A stretch of 64,000 bases of DNA from Octopus vulgaris. Taxonomy: Eukaryota. The notes beneath the pieces were generated by a model. That model made no database searches. It was not told the origin of the DNA and was given only the letters and a program-made list of their open reading frames with translations. Positions 24,861 through 40,659 of the stretch are shown here, piece after piece. Both the position numbers and the translations under genes were made by a program. The stretch's first letter is position 1, and each line of letters begins with the position of its first letter. Where the stretch lies: NCBI GenBank assembly GCA_951406725.2, contig OX597817.1:122078001-122142000 (forward strand), read 5' to 3'.

Positions 24861-27800
24861 ACGATGTAATGGACTAAATTCGAGAATTTTGTGTCTATAT
24901 CAGAAAGACGTATATCGTACATGATCAATGATCACTGTAAATTTAAATTTACATACAAGCACAATTATACGTTGGCCTATTTCCTGTCGCTTCCTAAAAG
25001 TTCTAACTGCATTTATTTCCTTTCGTACCTTCTTTCTTAACATTTATTTCCTTTCACACCTTGTTGCTTAACATTTTCTCTGTACTGTATCCATGTCTTT
25101 TATTCTGTCTCTTTTTCTCCGTCAGTCTCCCTATCTATCTCTTTCCCATTCTATAAGTACATTTTCTCATAAATATGGCTAATATATAATTATATTATTT
25201 TATTTTTCATCTATTGATTACCATTGTATTTTGTTGTGACCTTTGTTCTTCCACTTATATATGAGTCTCCACCTTCTTTCTTATTATATTATCCTTTGTT
25301 AATTCATTTTCTTTTTCCTTCTCACTGTCTATATTAGGCTGCATTACAGCTTTCTTTATCAATGAAGAATTTTGATTAAAATGTTCCATATACACATATA
25401 CAACCATACACACAACACACATGTCTATATATGTGTGTGTGTATGCATGTATGTATGCATATATTATGTACATGCACACGCGCGCGTGCAAGCCCATACA
25501 CACATGCACACAGACGGATATTTCACGGTGCGTCATACGTCGCTTTTTATTCTTATTTTCATACGCTTTCTAGTTATAACTATTTCAATATTCATATACA
25601 TCCATAAGTACAGTTAAGTCTAACTGAAATAAAACTAAAGATAAGCTTTATATCTAAATTTTCTCCGAGAAGTATTCAAAGAATGAATTGAAAATAAATG
25701 TTTTTAAACAAAAAGAGAATGCATGTTCATAATGGCTAAGATGAAAGCGAATTCCAAAATTGAGTATCCGGTTCACTATGGAAATTCACATTCATATAAC
25801 CATTATGTACAGTCATCTATACATTGTTTCGCGAAAATATGCATTTAGGTTTAGTTTCTTTAAAAATGTATTACAATCGTATGTAAAATTATCACTTGCA
25901 TTTTACTTTTGGAAATATACTTTTGAGTGATAACGTATTAATAGTGAGAAGAATTGCTTTTATACTACCTCTTGCTACGGTTCTGTAATGCATAAACATG
26001 TTCAGTCTCAGAAATATTTGTATATTGATGTTTCTGAAGATACACATGCATAGGTAATAGATCTTCACACTATCCATGCAATAATCAGATGTTATAATGA
26101 GATTAAAGTTTTCTCACCATTACAAAACAAATGGTCTAAAATCTAAAATCAATAGCTGAAGCCAACCACAGCACGATGTAGTTATATTCAGCTGCGCACG
26201 GTATAAGCAATATCTAAGTGGAATAAAATATAGCGTATTATTTATTGCGGAATATTTGGTATTTCTTTGACTTGTGTTTCGTTAAATATATTCATAAATC
26301 CAAACATTGTTTTGCATGTGTAACAGGGCGGTTCTTTGGTAGGTATGAATATATTTATTACTTGAAGTTGGCTATCAAACTGCATAAAAGTATAAATATC
26401 TTAAACGTATTCATTTCCAGCTATCTTGGTTGGCATACGATAAATTCAGATTTTGTTTACAACTTGAGTATCGAACAACAGGAATAGATTAGTAGTAGTG
26501 AATAGCAATTTCAATTTCTCTTGTTTCATTGTGTTTTCAATGTAGAGGTTGTGTTAAATAGCATTCATGTATAAATATAAGTAATAACAGCGACAGTTTA
26601 GATCAGCGGCTTGATTTGCATACTTTCTTCAATGCTACATGTTTCTGAATCTAGAATTGCTACTCGAAGACTGATAAAATAACCATCAGTAATAATACAT
26701 TAATGTGAAGTTAATTTAATATAAATTACCCTTTGACAAGACACTACATTGTGTCTCTTTCAGAAACACACTTCATGTTACAAGTAAATTTCAAACTTAT
26801 AAAAGCAAACTTTTTTCAGAATTATCAACACCATCACAGTCATGTATTTAAATGATAACACAGAACGCATTTCATATATAAATCTACATTAATATACGAT
26901 TACATATATAAGGCAGATATAAAAAGCAAATAAGTGTTTATGCTATAGCATTTAACTACATCAACATTCCTTTCCATTGAGAGCATTTTTGATCCATTGT
27001 CGGATGAAGCCCCACCAAACAAACCATTGCTGGCTTAAATGCATGGCTGGTTGCCGACCTATCAATTCATAGTAGCCAACAGCAGTTTGGACTGTGTTAT
27101 TCCTTCGTTTGGTGGTTAGCTTTAGTCAAGTTAGAGTATGGATATTTGTGTGATTATTTCTATTTCCAGTGTGAACATAAAGAAATATTTTGTCAAACCG
27201 TGGGTGAAACACAGCACAACATCACAAAGAATATATATATAGTTTGAAACTCTTAATGACAATAGAAAATAACTAAATCTATAAAGAAGGATTTGCCTGC
27301 AGAAAAGCTATTATCATCGATACTTGCCTGTTCGAAAGAGCTATGTTATTTTGGGGTGAGAAGATTTTAGAACATTGTATAAGGCAAAGCTAAGTACTAG
27401 CCATTATTATGGTATTTTTAGATATATGTATAAAATCTTGAATCGGCATTCTGCTAGTACTACAGTGTAACTAATAGAATGCATACATATACGCGGACAC
27501 ATGCAGAAACACATATATACACGCAGACACACATACTTGCACGCTCACATATATGAGCACGCGCATTTCACAATGCAAACATACCTCGGAAATATTCCTT
27601 TTGTAAAATATCAACGCATACTTGATAAGAAAATCATTATAGCTTTCGGTATAAACTTCTATAATCTAGAGGAAACACATGGTAGTCTATCGATTGTAGA
27701 TGGAGCTGTACATATCAATTTATGTCATATCACAAACACAAGAGTAGTGTAAAAGGAAGACATGTTGCCTTAATAGATGGTTATTCGGAAAGCACATCAA

Positions 27801-30616
27801 AGTGCCGTCCAAACTTATTTCATTAATTACTATTGGCATATCTTCTATCTCACAAAGCAACAAAGTTTTTTATTTCAAAACAGCATATGTTTTTAACCAA
27901 GTACATATTTTTCACGAGGCAAAATGTACTGCATTAAATGAGTATGTAATTAAATTCCATAATCTTACTCATTTTACTAGCTATGGCTATAATAGGGCAC
28001 CACCATCAAAACAGATTTATTTATGAATAAGAAACATTAAGTTGAAGTTTATTGAAAGCAAATACTTGAAAATACTTTGGATCCAAGCTAGCTATTTCAG
28101 TCTCTAGAACAAGCTTTCTAAATACATCTTTCTGATATTGCTGGTTTGAAGATATAAAACATGCTGCAGATATCATTATTCTTAAAATAATCACCATGGA
28201 AACTAAACAACTGTTTTCAAACAGCAGTTCTTCGTAAACTTTCTCTAATAAATAGTAAAAGAGAAAATTCGTACAGCCACAAATCATAAATCGCATATTT
28301 CAATATTCGATTGCAGCGACGTGCCCTAAAACGTTGGGATAAAAGCGGCATTGAATCCCATTTTGCTCTGGCTTTTAAATTGTTTTTCTTCTAAAACATA
28401 TACTCCGATAAACACTCACATTCGTTCGTCTCTTGATCCTCAGATGCACCATCGATTTATACCATTCGTGTTTCATTTACCTCTCAGGTCACCAATATAT
28501 TCGTGTGAAAAGCCCTTCAAACACCTCCAAGAAAGTCTTTCAGATAACAACAAAGAAACATGGAATATTTCAAAGGCATATTGCTAGTTCAACAATACAC
28601 GTGTAATATATTGACACTAAATCAAAATGAAACGAAAGAACAGAAAGAGTTGTCATGGATATTAATATTAAATCAGTCGCGTATAAGTATAGGCATGAGG
28701 GAAAGCTAAACACAAGTAATGAAAGACTTCTCGTGCAAAGAAAGGGCCTGAAATTTTACCGCGTTGCATACAATATACACATCAAAGAAAATAGAGGAAA
28801 TATTAAAAAATACATTAACTTAATTACAAGAAAACCTGCATAAAATGCGAAAAGTACATCTTGAAATTATTAGCTAAATACGATACTATTTCCTTTTAAA
28901 ATGGCATGTATTAAGGAACTCCAATATAGTAATTAATTATTCTATGATATTTTTTGAATGCAAATAAGTACTGAGAGTAATAGGTGTAAAAACAAGAGGA
29001 AATCAAACAAATTTGTTAAAAACATTGAACTGAAAAATATTTATACAAGGTAAATAAAAATATAAAACTAAAGAAAGCAAATTTTTTAAAAAACATGTAC
29101 GATTCTAAACAGTTAATTTATTAATATTCGCGATAAAAATGATTTTAAAAGGAAAATGAAATGGTCGATGTATTATAAAACCACATTCGATCCACAGTCG
29201 TGTCTTTAAATAAGCTATCAATATATAATCAAGGTTTCCTCTACTCACTTCTAAGAATCCTTTTTAATGTTTCTACAGAGAAACTAATTGAATATTTAGC
29301 TTAAAGGCATTCGTGTAAGAAAGTAGCACTCATTCAATAATGTTGCAATTTTCGTAAATGCATGAACGTAAGAAGTCATTTAAAAAATTTTTAGAATTTA
29401 TTTACTTAGAGATGTCAAAAACAAACCAATCATTATTTACAGACACGAATTTCGCTTCTATATTAAGTAATTTAATACATGTTAATTTCCATTAAATATC
29501 GAAATTTAATATGAAAATTTCGAAAAAAAATGACTATGTCTATCTATCTATCAATCTATCTGTCTGTCAAATTCTTATTTGCATATTTAAGTCAAGTCAA
29601 CGTTGGTATGAATTGGGTTTAAAGCATACAGGAACAGCTTTTTACTCTGGTACCTTAACAATTCAATTTTACAGTTTTACCTACTACATGTGAACATATA
29701 CTCAATAATTTTACAACACTTATGGATCAAGAGAAGCAAAAGCGTTGCCTGCAGGGAAATATAATGAACATAAAATCAATGCCTGAATCAGAGAGATCAG
29801 TGCTTAGCTCGATAACACAATCAAAATAGAGATCTGAAGGCTCATTGATTTTTAATGATTAGATTATTTCCATATGGTGAGCTAGCTATAGTAGAAAACT
29901 AATACTATGTGTATTACATGTATCTCCAATACGATAAACGTATCACTAGTTTTCTTCTTTATTGAAACAAAGATTTTCTTACATTAGAAAATACCCTTTT
30001 TGCACAAAAGCTTGTTGTGTCCATTGTATTTCACATATCATCCAATCAGTTTTTCGAAATTCCTCTTCTATTCATTCTTTCTGATTTAACCCACTTTTTC
30101 TCCACCCCTCCTCTTCCTCTCTCTTTCTATCTCATTCTCTCTTTTTAATGCTGTTTTCTTCAGTTTCTACCTTAATATCATTTACTTCTTATTCACACTT
30201 TTCTCTGCACAATGATATATCTATATACATAGATACATCGATAAATTCAGGACATTCCATTATGCGTGCAAGCACACGCATACACACACACACATGATCT
30301 CATATAGGTACGTGTTTATTTATGTGTTGAGTATGCGTGCGCGTGCGTGCATTTGGTTGTGAGAGTGTGTGAAGTGTATGTGCGTGTGTGTATGTGCAAT
30401 GGGTTAGTGAAATTTTCAACTTGCCATAAATAAGCAAAACTTATGAATTGAGTCCTAATTTTTCTCCTTCTCAAACAATTCTCTCTGAACCATACATACA
30501 TACAGCCATACATACATAGAGCCAGGCAGTCACATAGACAGAGGCATTCAATTAGACATACACGCATACACATACACACAACTCTCTCTCTCTCTCTCTC
30601 TCACACACATACACAC

Positions 30617-30670
<54 letters not shown>

Positions 30671-30675
<5 letters not shown>

Positions 30676-30872
30676 ACCGTTAGCTCCTACACGCATTTTT
30701 TTCTCTCCTTGTTTCTCTCCTTGTTTCTTTTCTGTGTATCTTTCTGTCGAAGAGCGTAGGCTCGAAACGTAAAAGACTTGTTCTATTTCTATTCCTGAGC
30801 GCCATACTAATACATTTGCTTGTTTGTACTCCACCTGCCTTCATCTTTTGTTTATTTTCGTAAATCTTCCCG
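30671..30872 (+). mobile_element. Solo Neptune-type PLE terminal repeat (pLTR) in (TA)n with HHR-like motif
   Basis: Homologous to 42148-42345 (reverse complement); UCUUU-CUGUCGA-A-GAGC-guag-GCUC-GAAA-CGUA-AAAGA at 30739-30776. Confidence 0.8.
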
Positions 30873-30889
30873 TTATATATATAAACTGG

Positions 30890-31153
30890 TACACTGTGAG
30901 TTACGACGACAAGGGATGCAGTTGACTCGATCAACGAAATAACCTACTCGTGAAATTAAGGTGAGCACTCTGCAGAAACGTGTACTTTTAACTTCGCTCT
31001 CAGAATGTGATAATGTTGGCCCTTTTAATTACAGGTATACTCATTTTTGCCAGCTCAGTGAACAGGAGTAAAGTGCTTTGCTCAAGGATACAACTCACCG
31101 GGTATCGAACCCACAATCTTAAGAACGTTAGCCGAAAACCCTAGTCACTGAGC
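30890..31153 (-). mobile_element. CORE-type SINE head with tail Y
   Basis: B box (GGGTATCGAACCC), GCTTTGCTCAAGG and CATTTTTGCCAGCTCAGTGAAC; tail GTTACGACGAC.AGGG...CTCGTGAAATTAA matches the 46780-46850 tail. Confidence 0.78.
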
Positions 31154-31586
31154 ATATAGAGAGAAAATGAGAGCGATGGTTAAAATAGAATTATTGGCTG
31201 TATCTGTTGTTGCAGATCTGATCGGAGTGACCTAGATAAAAGGTTCCTCCGTCTATGACCATACCATCTTTTACCAAGCTGCAAGTAACTCGAGTTCACA
31301 TACTTCGTGTTATATTTTAAAAGAGGAATGAGTAATTTTAGGAAAATTTAACTGATATTTCTAACAAATTGAGTGGCTAATAGAGGGTGTAGTATATTTA
31401 TCTATGATCTGCCAAGTTGAGTTCGTTTCAGGGAATTAAACTCATTATGTGAGTTTACTAATATCTCCTAAGTTATGCTCTGGATCTTTGAATCTAACCA
31501 CACAACGACATCCATTTACAGAACAAAACCATATACAGCTAAACTTAATGACAGCGGTGCTTGCAAAACAAACTAAGAGGCACAAA

Positions 31587-31778
31587 TACATACATATGCA
31601 CAATGATGCATACATACATACATACATACATACATACATACATAAATACATACATACATACATAGATATATGCATGCATACATACATACATACACATATG
31701 CATACATACATACATATATGCATGCATACATACATACATACATATATGCATACATACATACATACATACATACATACA

Positions 31779-31810
<32 letters not shown>

Positions 31811-31812
31811 CA
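31587..31812. repeat. (TACA)n microsatellite
   Basis: Directly visible. Confidence 0.95.
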
Positions 31813-31814
31813 TG

Positions 31815-32160
31815 GGTACAATTCTCATTCGTACCTATTATCATAAGTGCATTAGGTTATGTACCAAGAACTTTGCGCTAAAAAGCAAGAAATACTCGGC
31901 TTCACGGGAAAAGAGCTAAAGAAACTGACGTAGATTCTCCAAATCCAATCTATTAGTAGTCCAGGGAGGATTTGTAAAGCATTCCAAAAATGCTCCATGT
32001 GAGGTTCTTCTGTGATTAGATGCACACACTTGGGTGTATGCATCGACAGTTCAACCAACACACCAACTCTACCACATATTTATAAACAGTAAGAACTGTC
32101 TTAACCCAAAACGTCTTGTTGCTTTGTTCGCAACCGGCATGAACTCTCTGAAAAACTTAA
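31815..32160 (+). mobile_element. RLE-type (R4/Dong-like) non-LTR retrotransposon C-terminus and 3' UTR, decayed
   Basis: FSFVPIIISALGYVPRTL / ILGFTGKELKKLT*ILQIQSISSPGRICKAFQKCSM* matches the PIIIGALG...LG...LQ..S..GT.KI motif after the restriction-like endonuclease; adjoins (TACA)n. Confidence 0.75.
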
Positions 32161-33326
32161 ATTAATCTCAAAGGAAAATCGTATATACATATATCTATGT
32201 ATGTTCGGACCATGACATTCTGTTCTGAGTATTTGACTCCGGTTAGGCCGTCCACGACTCTAAGTGTGTGTCTGTGTGTGCTTGCGTGGATGTGTGAATA
32301 CACGCGTGCGTTTGGTTCTGAACAGGTAGAGAGAAAAAGAAGAGGAGAAGGAAAGCGAAGAGCAGAGAGGATAGGTTTTAAATAGAGTGAACGCAACAGA
32401 TATGTGTAAATCCATTAATCGATCGGTTGATCGATCGTGAGAGAGGAAGATGAATCGATACGTAGACAATGAATTCTATAAATTGTAGGATAACTCACCA
32501 ATACGGTCTTAAAATCTCAAATATAAATACGATACACAAATACACATATAAACACGTTTGCTTGCTGTCTCGCACATACATACGCACAGAAACACATACT
32601 CACGCATGATCCGCATAATATACATAAATGCTTGCGTGTATATATGTTTTTATATGTATGTATACATGTGTACACAAATACATACCTATATACATATATA
32701 CGTACCATAAAAATAGCTAAGCATTGTAGGCATGCCCCTATGTATTAGAACGCCAGTATCAGCCCTTATGAATGAGGTTGCTAAGTTTAATTACGTCTTT
32801 AGAATAGAAATGTCTTTTGACGATACTTTACTTTACAAACTCATTCTACTATCCATCCGTGTGACGGATAGATTGTAGTCCTACTCTCTTTACATTTTTT
32901 AAATATTGGTGATTCTAATAAGAAATTTCAGCATGTCATTGGTTGTTGTTCATTTGGAGAAACTGACGAGTTGGGAGCTGCGCTAAATTTTTACATAATC
33001 TTCTTGATACTGTGATTGCTATCTCCCTGATTTTGCGATGTTTACACAGACACACTAAAAAAAATTAATGAAATAATTCTTATTAAACAGACGAGTAGTT
33101 TATCTAGAACTGCTACCGTTGTTTCATTATTTTGGTGGGGAGGCATGAACATTGTAAGATCAGGAATGTAGCAATCGCATAAATATTTTCATGAATCGCT
33201 ACGTGAATTTCTATAATTCACATGTTTCTTCAGATCACAGTCCGTTCTCCTAGAATGACTACAGTACAGTCCGTAGTATCCATGGACATCGGGCAGATCA
33301 TGTTACTAAATTTATCCTACAATATA

Positions 33327-33558
33327 CCTATTTCTTTACTACCCACAAGGGGCTAAACACAGAGAGGACGAACAAGGACAGACAAACGGATTAAGTCGAT
33401 CATATCGACCCCAGTGCGTAACTGTACTTACTTAATCGACCCCGAAAGGATGAAAGGCAAAGTCGACCTCGGCGGAATTTGAACTCAGAACGTAACGGCA
33501 GACGAAATACCGCTAAGCATTTCGCCCGGCGCGCTAACGTTTCTGCCAGCTCGCCGCC
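33327..33558 (-). mobile_element. Full-length young tRNA-SINE family M
   Basis: GGCGGCGAGCTGGCAGAAACGTTAGC...GAGTTCAAATTCC GCCGAGGTCGACTTTGCCTTTCATCCTTTCGGGGTCGAT; central domain resembles the Meta/Sauria-type SINE domain; very similar to the 37035 copy. Confidence 0.92.
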
Positions 33559-33704
33559 TTCATTATACCGGCACAGCTCGGTGCGACTCTCCACCTCAAA
33601 AATGGAATTGCCGGTCGGCATCAACAGGTTGTAGCCGGCATAACAGAATAGTTTTTATGTGCATGTTCACAACGTTTCCCATAAACGAACTTAAATGATA
33701 AATA

Positions 33705-33748
<44 letters not shown>

Positions 33749-34777
33749 TGCATGCACATATACACACAACACACAAGCATGTATGTATATACGGTTGTAT
33801 GTATATATGTGTCAATCAATCTGTTTATAACAGAGATATGAGACAAGAAAATAAGAATATAAAGAAAATAAAAAAGTGTGTGTATGAGCACATACAGATG
33901 TGTGTCAATATGCAGCGTAGCTGCTGATTTTCCTACATGCCCAGAGAATGTGTTCCTTATTTATGCAGTAAATTTCCGTTTTATATATCACTTATTATGT
34001 TACATACATACCTAGATTTATTATTGCTTGTATTATATATATATATATATATATATATAATCATGCAATATATATAATCATGCAAGCAAACCTATAAACA
34101 TACCTTTGTTTGTGTGAAGATAATATTGATTTCTTGCGACTAGGCTCAATGCTTTAGATTTATTAAAAGATAGGAGTGTAATATTGAGTGTGACATTTTG
34201 TGTTTAGCGAAAAACATTACTAACATACATTGAAGTAGGTTGGCTTCAACTGACTGCCACAAAGTATGGCTACTTGTTGTATAGTTGAGTCAGAAGAGAA
34301 ATTAACAAAGCGGAGAAGAAATATAGAGAGTGAGCAGAAACAGATCTGATCTGCTTTTCGACAGGAAAATAAGTCTCTGGTGAGTTATTTCGAAAATCTC
34401 TTTACGGTCACGGCATTACGTTTTGCTAGAAATAGCAATCAGATACTATAAACAAACAACCTATACAACATTATCTAAGGACAAAAAAAAAATTTAAAGA
34501 TACCTTGAAAGATGGTTATGCTATAAATGAAAACAAAAAAGAGGTAAGAAAAGCATGTGTGAATCTGAGGGTTGGATTGCCCGTTTAATGACGGAAAGGT
34601 GACACTCGGGGATCATGCTTCGTTGCTTGTACGATAACCTGCAAGCTACATATCTTTTCTTGCAGGATTAAACATGGGGCAAGGGGGAAAAAACAACTAC
34701 AGCATTAATAGCTTTATGCACGTTAAATAAGATAAGTACATTGAGTAAATAACATGTGCGGATACTTCAAAACACCT

Positions 34778-34993
34778 CAGTAATAGTAGTAGTAGCAGCA
34801 GCAGCAGTATAAGGAGTGGTGGTAGTAGTAGTATTAGCAGGGATGGTAGCAGTAGCAGCAGCAGTAGCAGGTGTAGTGGTAACAGCAGCATTATTATTAT
34901 CATCATCATCATTATTATTATTATTATTAGTAGTAGTAGTATTAGTAGTAGTAGTAGCAGCAGTAGCAGAAGGTGTGGGGGAGGGGTAGCAGC

Positions 34994-35034
<41 letters not shown>

Positions 35035-35259
35035 TATTATCATCATATTATTACTATTATCATTATTATTATTTATTATTATTATTACATTATTATTATT
35101 ATTAGCAGTAGTAGTAGTAGCAGAAGGTGTAGGGGAGGGGTAGCAGCAGCAGTAGCAGTATTATTATCATCATATTATTACTATTATTATCATAATTATT
35201 ATTTAGTATTATTATCATATTATTACTATTATTATTAGTATTGTTATCATATTATTATA

Positions 35260-35342
<83 letters not shown>

Positions 35343-35403
35343 AAGTAGTAGTAGTAGTAGTTGTTGTAGCAGTAGTAGTAGTAGTAGTAGTAGTTATTGT
35401 AGC

Positions 35404-35460
<57 letters not shown>

Positions 35461-35500
35461 TTAGCAGCAGCAGCAGCACCGGTGGTAGCGGCAGCATCAT
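34778..35500. repeat. Compound trinucleotide microsatellite (AGT/AGC/TAT/CAT) with a duplicated GCAGAAGGTGTrGGGGAGGGGTAGCAGCAG unit
   Basis: Directly visible; unit at ~34966 and ~35120. Confidence 0.9.
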
Positions 35501-35754
35501 GGTGATAATGGGAAAGGAAAGGAGGAGGAAAATAGACTAGAAATGGATAAGCCACTAATTGCTTTCAGGTCAATATGTGAGGAAACTAGAAATATTTTAT
35601 GATTTATATAATCTTCATTTCGAAGATTACGTACAAAATGGAAAAGGAAAATTTCTAGTTCTACAGTGGAAAGTTCCTAAGGTCCAGTCGATTAATGGAC
35701 TAACCGACTATCCGCTGATCATTTGGTCTTCGGATATAGTCATCATTTATTACA

Positions 35755-35794
35755 CGTACATGTACGTGCACATAGACATACACATGCACACATA

Positions 35795-35844
<50 letters not shown>

Positions 35845-36123
35845 CGTATATATATACATGTGTGTGTATGTATATATATATACATACATATAAATATATA
35901 TACATATATATATATACATACATATATGCATGCATACATGCATATATACATATATACATACAAATATATACGCGCACACACACACAATACACACACACAC
36001 ACACACATACACACGTATACATATATATTTATGCATGTATATGGAGATAGATATATAATTTCAGATTATACATTTGTTTCTGCTTGGGTATATATATATA
36101 TATATATATGTGAGTGTGTGTGC

Positions 36124-36204
<81 letters not shown>

Positions 36205-36425
36205 TTTAAGATATATATGTATGTGTATATACATATGTATATATACATGTAGATATATATATACATATCGCTATATAAATTTATGATGTGCACGGTACAT
36301 ATATACCACACACTTTATAACAATTAAACTCATCACGATATATACGAATGTACGAGTATGTATATCTATAAACACTCATGTAGGTATGCGTAGATGTGTG
36401 TATCTGAGGTGCGTGTATGTGATAC

Positions 36426-36505
<80 letters not shown>

Positions 36506-36510
36506 TATAA
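35755..36510. repeat. (TA)n/(CA)n/(TACA)n low-complexity block
   Basis: Directly visible. Confidence 0.9.
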
Positions 36511-37034
36511 GCCATCCAATACGATCGGAGTACAGAGTAACTTTGGATGACCCCACTTAGCCATACTTGGTATCATTCCCATTCTAGAAAATTGCATACT
36601 GCCTAGTAGGAAATGTGATGAAATATATCTTCGTGTTTTATATTTATACACATATAGCTACACAGGACAGTTTCACGTTTCTCTCTAGTCTTTCAATCAC
36701 ATTATTTTATTACTTTATTTCGATTCCATTTTTTGTTTCTTTTATATTTTTTCCTCCTTATGGATAGTCTTGTTCTTGTAATAGATGTCTCTGTTATTTC
36801 TTATTTTTGTTAATGTTGTTGTTTTTTTTTTCAATTTTTTTCTGCTATTTCATTTGCGTGTTCTCGTTCTTCTTCGTGTGGTTATTAATAGTAGCCACCT
36901 ACTCTATCACCATCATCACCATCATCATCATCATCAGTGACATGATCACTCATCATTCGACATCGCCATCGTTGCCGTCGTCATCATTGCCGTTATCATC
37001 CCTGCCATCATCATCATCATCATCATCATCATGT

Positions 37035-37265
37035 GGCGGCGAGCTGGCAGAAACGTTAGCACGCCGGGCGAAATGCGTAGCTGTATTTCGTCTGTAGTTA
37101 CGTTCTGAGTTCAAATTCCGCCGAGGTCGACTTTGCCTTTCATCCTTTCGGGGTCGATAAATAAAGTGCCAGTTTCCAACTGGGGTCGATGTAATCGACT
37201 TAATCGCTTTGTCAGTCCTTGTTTGTCCCCTCTATGTGTAGCCCCTTGTGGGCAGTAAAGAAATG
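37035..37265 (+). mobile_element. Full-length tRNA-SINE family M inserted in (CAT)n
   Basis: Same sequence as 33327-33558 (reverse complement); (CAT)n on both flanks. Confidence 0.92.
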
Positions 37266-37646
37266 CATCATCATCGTCGTCATCATCATCATCATCATCA
37301 TCATGATTTTTAACATCTAAACAGCTATTACCAACCTTTACTACTTTCTTCAGAGTCGCTCAATACATTTTCATTCATACCAATATTTCGCTTTATTTGT
37401 AAAAACTCCTACGTGACTGAAAATACGTATGTAAGTGTGTATGCATGCTTGTATCTATGTGTCTGCATGTGTGCCTCTATATGTATGAATTTGTATATGT
37501 ATATACTTACATGGATGGACGGATTTGCGCAGGTTTGGACGATATGCATTCAGTTATTCGACGAACAGAGATCCGTTTACCCAATTTCACTCACAGATCT
37601 TATGATGACTGGAGGACATGATGAATGACATTTGACCACGTTGCAA

Positions 37647-37710
<64 letters not shown>

Positions 37711-37713
<3 letters not shown>

Positions 37714-37917
37714 GTCAATCCAAGCATGAACAAAGAGAAAACACAACAACGCGAGGACGTGGAACAAGTATAGTGTTATTGGACGATCAGGAAGGGAAAT
37801 ATAGAAGGAGGATTTAACGTTTCGAGCGGAGCTCTTCGTCAGAAACATAGAAAAAAGAAATGTCCAAGGAAGAGAAGATGGGGAAAAACAATCGCCAACG
37901 ATACACATGCGGTCACA
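37711..37917 (-). mobile_element. Solo PLE pLTR (second family) with HHR-like motif, 3' end abutting (TA)n
   Basis: Minus strand GUUU-CUGACGA-A-GAGC-UCC-GCUC-GAAA-CGUU-AAAU; homologous to 63193-63398. Confidence 0.8.
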
Positions 37918-38399
37918 CACACACACATGTGTGTGTGTGTGTGTGTGTGTGTATGAGTGTGCCTCTGTGTGTTTGTGTGTGTATAAAACACAAACTTAAT
38001 CATGTGTGTGTGTTATTTTACATCTGTGTAATGGTCAAAAAATCTTGACACTGCCAAATCGCATTCCAGACTATATTTAGGTACAGAAATACTTATCGTT
38101 TGTGTGTGTGCATGTGTGTGTGTGTGTGTACATACATACATCTATATGTGTGTACATGCGCGCGCGTGTGTTTGTATAACACTAAAAGATGTCGAATGTA
38201 TATGGATATATTTTTATTCATAGATATGTATGCTTACATATATGAACGGTTGTACGTGATAGGTGTGCACAGTGATAATTTATGCATAGAAAATAGATTG
38301 TTACTTATGCATATGACGTTTGAATCTAATTTGTTATTGAGCGTACACGTATATGCATATGAAATAAGACGGAGGGGAATAATTTGGCATATAAAGATG

Positions 38400-38730
<331 letters not shown>

Positions 38731-39356
38731 CACAAAGATATATAGAAGTACATACATGCATAAATAGATATATAAACGTATCCTTATAAATATAAAAGTA
38801 AATATCATTTACACCGACCAAGTGAAACATTTCTAAATGAAACTTGAATGTTGATTTTTTAAATATTTTAATTCTTAAGCAGAAGAGCTTTTTTAAGGAG
38901 ATGTTAATGCGATCGCCGGAGTCAGTTCCATAAATTATTTATATCTCATTGAGACACCCCAATGAGTTCTATGTATGATATTAATATTAATATAATTGAC
39001 GTTATTTTAATATTTATATAACATTAATATAAGCGATTTTTATCTGGTATCTTAACAGATCTCATTTTATGGAATGCCGAATAATCAAGATGTAAAACTG
39101 ATCCCGAATGATCGGATTTAAATCACAAACTTTGGTTCATTGATGGTCCATTCAAGGTAAAGCTCTCAAGTGTGGAATGCGATTCAATATACTTATCCGA
39201 TCAGCCAATAAGCAAAATAATTCGGGTTACTGGTGATGTAATGGATGACGAGCGCAGTTTTTTTTCCCGTAATTATTACTTCTCTATACTTTCTCTGTCC
39301 AAGTAATCTTTAAATTTGCACACATTATTTAGTATGGGATCTAGAATAATGAAGTT

Positions 39357-39574
39357 TATGAGTGTGTGCTGAAATGTTCTAAGCTTCGGGTAAAATAAAA
39401 TACAAGCGGATTATTTAATCATGATTTTATTCAACATATTCGCTTCTCAGATTCACACAATTATTACAGCGGTTCTTCAATTTTTCTAAGCTCTGTAACA
39501 GAATTCAGAAGTTTGAGCCTCCAAAATGGCGTTTCATGACACCCTTGGACCAGCAGCTTTCAACTTCCCTCGTA
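39357..39574 (-). mobile_element. Mariner-derived MITE (internally deleted)
   Basis: TA-flanked degenerate TIRs (TATGAGTGTGTGCTGAAATGTTC / CAGCTTTCAACTTCCCTCGTA); minus-strand LEKLKNRCNNCVNLRSEYVE* matches the mariner transposase C-terminus. Confidence 0.75.
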
Positions 39575-40583
39575 TAGCTAAAAAGAAGCAGTAAATTACT
39601 CTTCAATCACATATATCTGCCTTAAATAAAGGATACGTTAAATTCTTGTATGACTAAAAAAAAAGCTAACAAGAATGATTAAAGGCTAACTCAATGTCAG
39701 AATTTTGTTTTTAGAGTCCGTGTGGGATCAATGATGCACATTTGAAAAATCTTCATTCAGTCTGTGCTGGAAGGTTGAGGTAACACGAGGCTATCCGTTC
39801 CAGATCCCAGCCTGGATAGGTTCTCTTGAAGACCAGCAGTTGCCAATACTGCTAGTCTCTCCTTTTCACAACATTGATGTGTCCCCAAAGGCAAGCTAAT
39901 AATGAATCTTCTTGGTACTTCAAGAGTTATTAGAACGAAAATAAAGGCAACCCTGAAATACTATAGGAATTACAGCTATTGATATGCAATAGATTAAACG
40001 ATCTACAGTTCATGAATAGCATTTTCATATATGAGCGTTTTTTAACGAACACACTTATACACACACACATACTATAATATATATATAGACGTGTGTGTAT
40101 ATATATATATATATATCTATTTATTGATCTAAAAACATATACACACACATATACATACGCGCGTGTACACAGACACATAATATTAATGAGAAAGACAGAA
40201 TATGGAAGTTGGTTGAGGGACAAGGAAGACGGAAGTTTATTGATGACTACAGTTGTTTCGATCCATCTAGCATCGATCCCTCTCGGGTGAGAAATTGATC
40301 ACCTGGTAGGTGTATCCGTCGGAGTCGATGTGTTTTCTCGGGTGATTACAAGATGTATCTCGTTAAAATAGCGTCTGTTCAGCAAGATTTCTTCTCGGTA
40401 TGCGTATACAAAAGCAGTGAATTAAAGGGTACATTTTCATTGTTATAGAAGATCAATAACAAGTATCAGATGCAAAAATAAACAAATACCCAATGGACAT
40501 TAAGAAAATGAACGTGTTTTACTGGTAAGCTACTCGGTGTATACCATACAATTTAGTAAATAATAATAATAATAACAACAACA

Positions 40584-40634
<51 letters not shown>

Positions 40635-40659
40635 TATACGTGTGTATGTATGTAAGTAT

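Noticed and set aside
40230-40460. Possible PLE C-terminus (NLLNRR..) and pLTR on the minus strand
   Set aside because: Only one short motif is recognisable and the HHR core is absent.
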